A stretch of 6,739 nt of DNA from Escherichia coli (lineage in GTDB: Bacteria > Pseudomonadota > Gammaproteobacteria > Enterobacterales > Enterobacteriaceae), in assembly GCF_003334255.1 (NCBI RefSeq), contig NZ_QOWU01000099.1. One strand, given 5' to 3'. Position 1 is the first letter of the stretch. Every line of letters starts with the position of its first letter. Of this stretch, positions 1 to 6,425 are shown piece by piece. The notes beneath the pieces are model-generated. The model was not told where the DNA came from. It ran no database searches and worked only from the letters and a program-made list of their open reading frames with translations. A program made the position numbers and the translations under genes.

Positions 1-56
1 GAGAGCGGTTTTTCAATTGCCTCAATGGCATCAGACGGATTCATACATGTATTCCC

Positions 57-100
57 GGTGAAAAAAGACAAAACCCCGCGCACCGGAAAGGTGGCGGGGG
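57..100 (-). terminator. Rho-independent terminator, minus strand
   Basis: GC-rich hairpin: 74-79 pairs with 94-99 and 81-84 pairs with 90-93, with one bulged G at 80 and a 5-nt loop GGAAA. On the minus strand it is followed by TTTTGTCTTTTTT (reverse complement of 61-73). The plus strand has no T-tract after the stem, so it is unidirectional. Confidence 0.5.
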
Positions 101-163
101 ATTCACGGAGATAATATCTGTCTGAAATTGTTTTGAATCGATGGGATTGTTGCGTATTAACAT

Positions 164-204
164 GAAGGAGATCAGGACTTATCCGTTACTGGGTGATCTC
201 CTTC
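164..204. repeat. 11-bp perfect inverted repeat GAAGGAGATCA / TGATCTCCTTC with 19-nt loop
   Basis: 164-174 is the exact reverse complement of 194-204. Pairing can extend to 161-163 with 206-208 if C205 is bulged. The arm contains an SD-like AAGGAG and a GATC site. Confidence 0.8.
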
Positions 205-1199
205 CATGAAAATACGCCGTTATTGTTAAACAGCAGGCTGATTTCTCCGTAAAGGGGAAAATATTTATCGGCTGCATGATTATCAGGTGTGTCTGTGTTT
301 ACTGCTGTGAGTATTTTTCAGAGTATTGTGGGGGAGATGTCAGTGGGAGATATTAAATTTACGTTTATAATTATCTTACTTCTTCTGTGTGTTTTTTATA
401 AGAGTGCACACGTAATGATATCTGTTGATACCATGTGGTTAAGTGTTTCCCTTCCTGGTCATGCGTAATGATTAAATGCTTTTGTGACACCATTCTTCCG
501 GTCTGAATATTTATCCCGTTCTTTTTTATTTGTGCAGTGATACTGTCGGAAGAGAATTCAGTAATGTGAGGTGTCCTGGTCAGGATAATATCTGCTGAGA
601 TATTATTAGTTGAGAGTGTTTTTACTGAGCAAAAGCTGGCTTTTAATTCCTGTACTGAAACGCTGTCGCTCGTCCGGGGTTAACTGAAACTGGATGATGA
701 TGTAAAATGAAGGCTGTTTTTGTGTTTGTCGAAGAAGTGTTATTTTAATCCATTCTCATCATTGGCTGGCGATTATACAGAAGTATTTGAAGAAAAAATG
801 GTGCATTTTATCTGCGTCAGCAGGGAGGAAGTATTTTATTGATGTATCAGTATTAAATGGTTTTTGTTATTTATAAATATGTCATCCTGTCCATAGAATA
901 TTGTACTCAGCATTCAGTGCAGGAACTGTAGTCTTCTTTATTTTATTCTTCTTCAGGAGGGGGGGATTCCTGAAGGCGTTATTCCCGGTGTTCTGTTTAT
1001 GATTCTTCCCGGCAGGAAACCGGTATCTGCAATACCCGGGATGATGCTTTTTGTTCGTACGTGGTTGTGTAAAATTTGAATAGTGGATGTGCTCTGAAGG
1101 GAAGGAGGGGACACACAGATTCATTTTGTCTTTCTTCAGCAGCAAAACACACTGTGGTTATTATTTAACCATTAAATCAACAAAAATTTTTACCTCATA

Positions 1200-1227
1200 T
1201 TGATTTGACTGCTATTTTTGCTATTAA
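1200..1227 (+). promoter_or_regulatory. candidate sigma70 promoter for the yfjI-like gene
   Basis: TTGATT at 1200-1205 (4/6 to TTGACA), 16-bp spacer, TATTAA at 1222-1227 (4/6 to TATAAT), about 45 nt upstream of ATG 1274. Called by eye in AT-rich DNA, where such matches are common. Confidence 0.25.
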
Positions 1228-1273
1228 TAGCCAGAATTGCAGTGCTTTTATATCTGTGTGTAGTGAGGTTACT

Positions 1274-2758
1274 ATGTCATTCGGTCAGCCTTGTGATGAG
1301 TTTCCCCTGAGTTCGCTGCCTCCACTCATTCGTGATGCCGTTATTGAAGCTCAGCAAATTACGCAGGCTCCCCTTGGGCTTGTGGCAGCGTCTGTCCTGG
1401 GCGCTGTTTCACTTGTCTGCCAGAATCTGATTGATGTCTGCAGACTGAATACACTGCGGGGGCCGGTCTCTCTTTTTTTCCTGACGCTTGCCGAGTCCGG
1501 AGAACGAAAAACCGCAGTGGACAAATTATTAATGAAGCCCCTGTACCAGCAGGAGATGCAGTTATATTCCAGATACAAAAGTGAACTGGCTGTCTGGAAA
1601 AACAAGGAAGAGCTTTTAAAGGCTCAGAAAAAAGCATTGTTGTCAAAACTGAATAAAGAACTCCGCAAAGGCGCGGATGAGTCAGAAACCCTCAGACAAC
1701 TGGAAGTACTTCAGAAAAACAGTGCGGAAGAACCTGTGAGGTATAAATTCATTTTTAATGATGCCACGACTGCGGCAATTAAGAATCAGCTTTGTGGTAA
1801 ATGGCGTTCAGTGGGTATTATGTCAGATGAAGCCGGTATTATATTTGATGGATATACCCTGTCTGAGTTGCCTTTTATTAACAAAATGTGGGATGGCTCT
1901 GTATTGTCGGTGGACAGAAAGAATGAACCCGAACAGATGATTGAAAATGCCAGAATGACGTTATCCCTCATGGTGCAACCCGGTCTTTTTGACCGATATA
2001 TGGAGCGAAAAGGTTCTGTTGCCAGGGACAGTGGTTTTCTTGCCCGTTGTCTTATCAGTAAACCTGCAACCACGCAGGGGAAACGCTTTATTAACGGAGC
2101 TGTGATTCCGGGAGGATCATTAACGGCATTTCATGAACGATTAATGGAACTGGCCAGAGGCAGTATTGAAAAATCCAGTGAGGATGAACGGTATTGTCTG
2201 CATTTTTCGCCTGAAGCGCAAAAAATATTTATTGAGCACTATAATGTTCTGGAGCAGGATTTATCCCCTTCCGGACCCTTAAGCCCGTTTCGGGGACATG
2301 TTTCAAAAAAAACAGAAAACATTGCAAGAATTGCAGCGTTATTTCAGTATTTCAGCTATGGTGAAGGGAAAATCTCTGCCGATATCATGACGTCTGCTGT
2401 CGTAATAAGTTCGTGGTACACAGATGAATATAAAAAATTATTTGCGTTACCTGATGAATCTGAACTGCAGCAGAAGGACGCCGAGGAGCTGTTCGACTGG
2501 CTCATTGAGGAGTGCCGCGGAGAATGCCCGCCCCGTGTCAGGAAAAATTATATTCTCCAGTGTGGCCCGGGCCGGTTCAGAAACAGGAAAAAACTGAACG
2601 CATTGCTGAACATTCTTGAATCTCAGTTCAGGCTTTCTGTCGTGCCGGAAGGAAAAACCATGTATGTTCTGCTTCCCCAGATAGCCAGTTTAAAGTTGTC
2701 TGATGTCTCAGGTATTTTTACCTCGGGTTATCACTACAATAAGCTGAGAGCGAAGTAA
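1274..2758 (+). CDS. yfjI: DUF3987 / YfjI-family protein, 494 aa
   Basis: Longest ORF in the window (track 1205..2758, which begins at TTG). I place the start at ATG 1274 because GAGG at 1265-1268 sits 5 nt upstream. The N-terminus (FPLSSLPPLIRDAVIEAQQITQAPLGLVAASVLGAVSLV ... LTLAESGERKTAV) matches the pattern I recall for DUF3987/YfjI proteins, including the SGERK[ST] motif. Family call is from memory, not a search; the symbol is family-level, not a claim of orthology. Confidence 0.8.
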   Translation: MSFGQPCDEFPLSSLPPLIRDAVIEAQQITQAPLGLVAASVLGAVSLVCQNLIDVCRLNTLRGPVSLFFLTLAESGERKTAVDKLLMKPLYQQEMQLYSRYKSELAVWKNKEELLKAQKKALLSKLNKELRKGADESETLRQLEVLQKNSAEEPVRYKFIFNDATTAAIKNQLCGKWRSVGIMSDEAGIIFDGYTLSELPFINKMWDGSVLSVDRKNEPEQMIENARMTLSLMVQPGLFDRYMERKGSVARDSGFLARCLISKPATTQGKRFINGAVIPGGSLTAFHERLMELARGSIEKSSEDERYCLHFSPEAQKIFIEHYNVLEQDLSPSGPLSPFRGHVSKKTENIARIAALFQYFSYGEGKISADIMTSAVVISSWYTDEYKKLFALPDESELQQKDAEELFDWLIEECRGECPPRVRKNYILQCGPGRFRNRKKLNALLNILESQFRLSVVPEGKTMYVLLPQIASLKLSDVSGIFTSGYHYNKLRAK

Positions 2759-2817
2759 CCGGTGAGCAGTTTTTCTCCATTATGCTTCAGACTTAGATGA
2801 TTGATTATTATGGGGAT

Positions 2818-2857
2818 TTCATCACCGATATTCAGATGTATGAATATCGGTGATGAA
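2818..2857. repeat. 17-bp perfect inverted repeat with 6-bp spacer (TTCATCACCGATATTCA-GATGTA-TGAATATCGGTGATGAA)
   Basis: 2818-2834 is the exact reverse complement of 2841-2857; the spacer is 2835-2840. It lies between the convergent 3' ends of the yfjI-like gene (stop 2758) and the 197-aa gene (stop 3096). The stem is AT-rich and no T-tract follows on either strand, so it is not a classic intrinsic terminator. Confidence 0.9.
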
Positions 2858-3095
2858 CTAAAGCTCAGGAGCTGCGTGGTGGTGATGAATCAACAGGCAT
2901 ATAACTGATACCCGCCGGTCAGAAGTTCCAGCCTGCGACTTTCCTGTCTGCGTGCCCGCAGTCCGGCGTTCAGGTGCAGCGTGTGACAGAACGCACGGAG
3001 AGCGAAACGGCAGGCAGACAGGCCGTTCAGTCAGCCCTGGCACCCTGCCCGGATACCAGCTTCCCTGAAACAACTGGCATCAGGTGCGCTTATCG

Positions 3096-3689
3096 TCAAC
3101 CGTTGTGCGGTATGCCAGGAGCAACGTACTGATCCATCAGATCCGTCAGTGCTGCGCTCTGCTTCTGACGGTTGATGATCCATTCCTCCAGCTCTTTTTC
3201 TGATTTCCGTTTCAGATTCTCCGTCCAGTCGTCAAGGCAGTTTCCGGTCATTAAATCAAGCCAGCAAAGCCAGACCAGTTTGAGGCGCAACTCCGTGCCA
3301 CCAAACTGACGGAAGAGGCTAATCAGTTTATTTGCCAGAGAACGCTGCCTCAGACGTTCACATTCAGACAGGAGAATGCCTTCCAGCATCGGATGATGAA
3401 CCAGCAGATGTTCACTGGTGCATAAATTCACGATCAGATCATCATCCAGGGGCGGCGTGGCCCGTTTGTCAGGGCCATAAATCAGCCGGTGCAGGCTCTG
3501 GGGTACGATGGCAATCTCCGGTTTTTCACCATTGAATGACACCCACCCGGGCGTCAGATTATGGAAGTAGTAGATATTCGGATGACACACGCCCCAGGAT
3601 ACGGCGTGCCGGGTGAAGCCGGTCAGCCATTTCTGGTAGCTTTCGTGGAGCAGCTCGTAACGGGTCTGATACTGTGGTTTCATTTTCAT
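3096..3689 (-). CDS. hypothetical protein, 197 aa, unknown function, immediately downstream of alpA
   Basis: Track ORF 3096..3830 (-). The first 47 codons are low-complexity and overlap the alpA 3' end, so I trim to the internal MKMKPQYQ start. GAGGA (reverse complement of 3692-3696) lies 2-3 nt before ATG 3689 and 8-9 nt before ATG 3683, so 3683 is an equally plausible start. The body is protein-like, but I recognise no family or catalytic motif. Confidence 0.7.
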   Translation of the reverse strand: MKMKPQYQTRYELLHESYQKWLTGFTRHAVSWGVCHPNIYYFHNLTPGWVSFNGEKPEIAIVPQSLHRLIYGPDKRATPPLDDDLIVNLCTSEHLLVHHPMLEGILLSECERLRQRSLANKLISLFRQFGGTELRLKLVWLCWLDLMTGNCLDDWTENLKRKSEKELEEWIINRQKQSAALTDLMDQYVAPGIPHNG

Positions 3690-3710
3690 ATTCCTCACGG
3701 GGGATAACAG

Positions 3711-3752
3711 GCAGCAGAACGCCGCCGGCAGGCCGGAGACTGCGTCTGCTGC
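3711..3752 (-). promoter_or_regulatory. GC-rich intergenic hairpin between alpA and the downstream 197-aa gene
   Basis: GCAGCAGA at 3711-3718 pairs with TCTGCTGC at 3745-3752; the stem can extend to about 11 bp with one bulge, and the loop holds a CCGGC/GCCGG sub-palindrome. No U-tract follows on the minus strand, so read-through into the 197-aa gene is likely. Confidence 0.35.
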
Positions 3753-3769
3753 AGATGAACGGTTAAGAA

Positions 3770-3976
3770 TTACGGACGGGACTGTGCAATACGCGCCTGC
3801 AGCCAGGCTTCCACTTCGCTTTTCAGCCATCGGGAGCTGCGGCCCAGCTTGATGGGCGCAGGAAAGTCACCATCCTTGATGAGTTTGTAAAACCACTTAT
3901 CGGTCAGGCCGGTCAGTTGAGTGATAAATGCCATGTCGACCATCTGGTCATCCATCAGTGAAACTGGGGTGATCAT
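3770..3976 (-). CDS. alpA: AlpA-family phage-type transcriptional regulator (excisionase-like DNA-binding protein), 68 aa
   Basis: Track ORF 3770..4048 (-), trimmed to the internal ATG at 3976, which is preceded by GGAGG (reverse complement of 3986-3990) with a 9-nt spacer. The sequence FITQLTGLTDKWFYKLIKDGDFPAPIKLGRSSRWLKSEVEAWLQARI matches the AlpA family pattern (TGL...W.Y.LI..G.FP.PIKLG.R...W...EVE.WL) and the size is typical. Confidence 0.8.
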   Translation of the reverse strand: MITPVSLMDDQMVDMAFITQLTGLTDKWFYKLIKDGDFPAPIKLGRSSRWLKSEVEAWLQARIAQSRP

Positions 3977-4102
3977 GAGAATGTTCCTCCGGATGTTGTT
4001 AAACCAGCCGGTGTGGTCATGAAAACAACGCACCACCTTCACCGGCATAACAACCGGGGAGAAACGTAAAAAATAATCGGGAATGTGACCGCCAGGAGAT
4101 AA

Positions 4103-4120
4103 ACGGGGAGGTTACGGTGG
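4103..4120 (+). repeat. direct repeat copy 1: ACGGGGAGGTTACGGTGG
   Basis: 17 of 18 positions identical to copy 2 at 4248-4265. Flanks show weaker similarity (AGCCGTACC versus AGCCCGTGCC), giving about 35 bp of imperfect repeat. Each copy can form a GGTTACGG / CCGT(A/G)CC stem. Located 130-290 bp upstream of the alpA start, on the promoter side. Confidence 0.8.
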
Positions 4121-4247
4121 CTGAGCCGTACCGGTATGCCGGGTGGTTGTTACGAAACGATGCTTCCGCACGCGCGCGCTATAAAGAAGGGATGATTTTC
4201 GTGAGGAAGAGGGGAAAACTGGCGTTCTGATAATTGCAGAGTTATTT

Positions 4248-4265
4248 ACGGGGCGGTTACGGTGG
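4248..4265 (+). repeat. direct repeat copy 2: ACGGGGCGGTTACGGTGG
   Basis: Second copy of the 18-bp element, 145 bp from copy 1, with a single mismatch (A/C at position 7). Confidence 0.8.
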
Positions 4266-5196
4266 GGCAGCCCGTGCCTTGTGGGCAGGGACAGGTATCA
4301 CTGGTGGGATAAGGCTGTCTGATTGGTATTATAAATATAAGAAGTTATCAGAGAGTAACGTAAAGGATTTGCCAGAATAACCTAAGAGAGTAAATCTCTC
4401 CGGTAACAGAGCGCTGTGAAGCATTCTGTATCAGAGTGCAAATACATGAACGCTGATGCGTAAAATCAGCAGTGACACGCCAGCTCCCCCTGTGCCCATT
4501 CCTGTATAAGACATGAACTGAGCGTATTAATGCTCCTGCCCTGAGACTGAGCCGGTGAGTGAGGGGCTGAGAAATCCCTCTTGACACTGCTCTAAACCAG
4601 AAATACTTCCCCGGTTGTTGCGGTGCGTCCGGATCCCCGATAACGGAACACTAAGGCTGTATTGCGGGACACCAGGTAAGTGGCAGCCCGTAATACGTCA
4701 GGAGACGCGGGAAAAGTGAATTCCCACACGCGTTATAAACTTACCCTAGCGGAGCTGGAAGCCTTTAACTCTGCCGTTGACAACCGGCTGGCAGAACTAA
4801 CCATGAACAAACTTTACGATCGCGTTCCGGCTTCTGTCCGGAAATATGTCACCTGAACGTTCGGTAATCACAGCGGTATTGCGCCAGGTGTTATCTGCTC
4901 TGTGTGATTCTTTTTAGGGTTTCTCAGATTGTTAAAAGCTGAATATGTTCCTGTTGTCGGGAACCAGGATAATACAGGGAACATTAAGCGGTATAGCGAC
5001 AACAAAGCATTCGAAATCAAAAGGGAATGGTGTACGGAGTTGTGGGCAGTAATGGGCCGATTTTCGGGCATTACCGATCTCTGTTGAGGTTTTCTCGTAT
5101 TTGCCGGGGATCCGGTGCGTTACTGTCTGGCACAGCAAACGCAGAGGTGGCGGGGCGCTCTGCTCCGCTGATTCCGGATAATCCCTCCCCTGTAAC

Positions 5197-5394
5197 CTAC
5201 GGCAACAGTACAAATACACTGACGCCTGAAACGACAGCCAGAATCAGCACAGGCAGTAACGTCAGTAGACAAAGCAGACGATCGGTATTCCGGTAATAAT
5301 CGAAGGGATCTGCTGACACGTAGCCCGGGCAACATTCCGTATTATGAGGGATGGCGTTATCACAATCCCTGCACACCGTTTTGCGTATCACCAT
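5197..5394 (-). CDS. candidate small protein, 65 aa, Cys-rich N-terminus and hydrophobic C-terminal segment
   Basis: Track ORF 5197..5397 (-). Minus-strand sequence upstream reads TTGTGAGGAGGACGTG-ATG: a strong AGGAGG core 5 nt before ATG 5394. Product MVIRKTVCRDCDNAIPHNTECCPGYVSADPFDYYRNTDRLLCLLTLLPVLILAVVSGVSVFVLLP has CxxC-x9-CC followed by a ~25-residue hydrophobic stretch. It overlaps other short ORFs in a messy region, so the coding status is uncertain. Confidence 0.3.
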   Translation of the reverse strand: MVIRKTVCRDCDNAIPHNTECCPGYVSADPFDYYRNTDRLLCLLTLLPVLILAVVSGVSVFVLLP

Positions 5395-5488
5395 CACGTC
5401 CTCCTCACAATCTTATCCGTAACCGGCTTTTTGCATTAAAAAAACAACGCTGAAAATTCAGCCGTCAGTCCGGAGACGACAGTCGGGT

Positions 5489-5509
5489 TATCTCAGAGTG
5501 CCTGAGATA
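5489..5509. promoter_or_regulatory. 8-bp inverted repeat TATCTCAG-agtgc-CTGAGATA in the intergenic region upstream of the yagK/yfjJ-like gene
   Basis: 5489-5496 is the exact reverse complement of 5502-5509, with a 5-bp spacer. It sits about 90 bp upstream of ATG 5598 and about 95 bp upstream of the candidate divergent small ORF start at 5394. Short enough to occur by chance; position is what makes it operator-like. Confidence 0.3.
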
Positions 5510-5597
5510 TTGCCTGGTTGGAGATCACTTCAGGGACTCTGCGCATTTTTTACGGCGTGGTTAATCCGTATGAACGAAACCATACGGAGATTTAACC

Positions 5598-6167
5598 ATG
5601 ACCTACAAATGCAACCCCTTCTGGCAGCAACGTATTCGTGAGACGGTGCTGCACGCACTGGATGTTCATCCCCGTCTGACGGCATTGCGGGTTGATCTGC
5701 GTCTCCCGGATGTACCGGCAGCAACGGACGCGGCTGTGATATCCCGCTTCATCAATGCCCTGAAAGCCCGAATCGACGCTTACCAGAAACGTAAGCATCG
5801 GGAAGATAAACGCGTGCATTCCTCGACCCTGCATTACGCCTGGGCCAGGGAGTTCGGGGAGCTTAAAGGCAAAAAACACTATCAACTGCTGCTGCTGGTC
5901 AACCGGGATACCTGGTGTCGTGCAGGCGATTACCGCGCTCCGGGGTCACTGGCCGGGATGATTAAACAGGCCTGGTGCAGTGCCCTGGGGGTGGATGCCG
6001 GATGTTATGCCACGCTGGTGCATTTTCCGGTCAGGCCGGCGGTGTGGCTGGAACGCGATGATGATGCTGGTTTACGGGATATGCTGAAGCGTGCTGACTA
6101 TCTCGCGAAAGAGTACACCAAAGTCAACGGTACCGGTGAGCGCAATTTTGGCTGTAGCCGGAGTTGA
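5598..6167 (+). CDS. YagK/YfjJ-family protein (inovirus Gp2-like), 189 aa
   Basis: ORF 5598..6167 with GGAG at 5586-5589 and an 8-nt spacer to the ATG. Motifs RVDLRLP, VISRFINALKARI, HYAWAREF, HYQLLLLVNRD, LVHFP and the C-terminal NFGCS match what I recall of E. coli YagK/YfjJ proteins. Family call is from memory, not a search. Confidence 0.75.
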   Translation: MTYKCNPFWQQRIRETVLHALDVHPRLTALRVDLRLPDVPAATDAAVISRFINALKARIDAYQKRKHREDKRVHSSTLHYAWAREFGELKGKKHYQLLLLVNRDTWCRAGDYRAPGSLAGMIKQAWCSALGVDAGCYATLVHFPVRPAVWLERDDDAGLRDMLKRADYLAKEYTKVNGTGERNFGCSRS

Positions 6168-6425
6168 ACACGACAGGCGCACCAATACCCGGCAAACCAA
6201 AAGTATGGGTTGTTGTCTGGCGGCAACGATGTATCCACTCGCCCACTGACTGTTTTTTACGTCAGTGTTCCATTGTGTGACAACCACAGTGCTGTAACAG
6301 CAACCAGCCTGCTTTACCCAAACTCCAGTCCAGATTTTAACTGAACCGCCATTCACACCTGACCACACTGCCCGTACCGGGACGGCTGTTGCCTGCGTGT
6401 CGTCTGGCGGCTGAGGAATATGACT

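Noticed and set aside
50-990. 11-bp direct repeat TATTCCCGGTG at 50-60 and 980-990 flanking the AT-rich segment, considered as a possible target-site duplication
   Set aside because: Around five 11-mer coincidences are expected by chance in a window this size, the flanks do not extend the match, and no terminal inverted repeats or transposase are present.
882-1145. 87-aa minus-strand ORF in the AT-rich leader
   Set aside because: TTG start, no SD, Lys/Asn-rich low-complexity product: the usual artefact of translating AT-rich non-coding DNA.
1205-1273. N-terminal extension of the yfjI-like ORF from TTG 1205
   Set aside because: TTG start with no SD; the downstream ATG 1274 has GAGG at the right spacing and begins the conserved-looking N-terminus.
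1351-2073. Short ORFs inside the yfjI-like gene (1351..1605 -, 1359..1646 -, 1758..1940 +, 1786..2073 -)
   Set aside because: Fully embedded in a longer, motif-bearing CDS; no independent start signals or protein-like composition.
3332-3535. 67-aa plus-strand ORF inside the 197-aa gene
   Set aside because: Shadow ORF antisense to a better-supported CDS.
3690-3830. N-terminal extension of the 197-aa gene to the track start at 3830
   Set aside because: The extension is low-complexity (Ala/Ser/Gly/Cys-rich), would overlap the alpA 3' end by about 60 nt, and lacks an RBS, whereas the internal ATGs have one.
3977-4048. Longer 92-aa version of the alpA ORF
   Set aside because: AlpA-family proteins are about 60-75 aa, and the internal ATG 3976 has a GGAGG RBS. 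The upstream extension (MPVKVVRCFHDHTGWFNNIRRNIL) has no RBS.
4010-4060. 16-codon His-rich plus-strand ORF (MKTTHHLHRHNNRGET) divergent from alpA
   Set aside because: Too short, no SD, low-complexity; more likely promoter-region sequence.
4621-5120. Shared GGATCC-containing motif (CCGGATCCCCG at 4629-4639 and its reverse complement at 5105-5115) plus the CGGTGCGT 8-mer in both places
   Set aside because: Matches of 8-11 bp at this distance are within chance expectation and there is no supporting structure.
4348-5335. Cluster of overlapping short ORFs (4348..4587 -, 4868..5071 -, 4932..5219 -, 5027..5296 +, 5120..5335 -)
   Set aside because: Mutually overlapping in several frames with Arg/Ser/Pro-rich, non-protein-like translations and no RBSs. 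Only 5197..5394 (-) was kept, as a low-confidence candidate.
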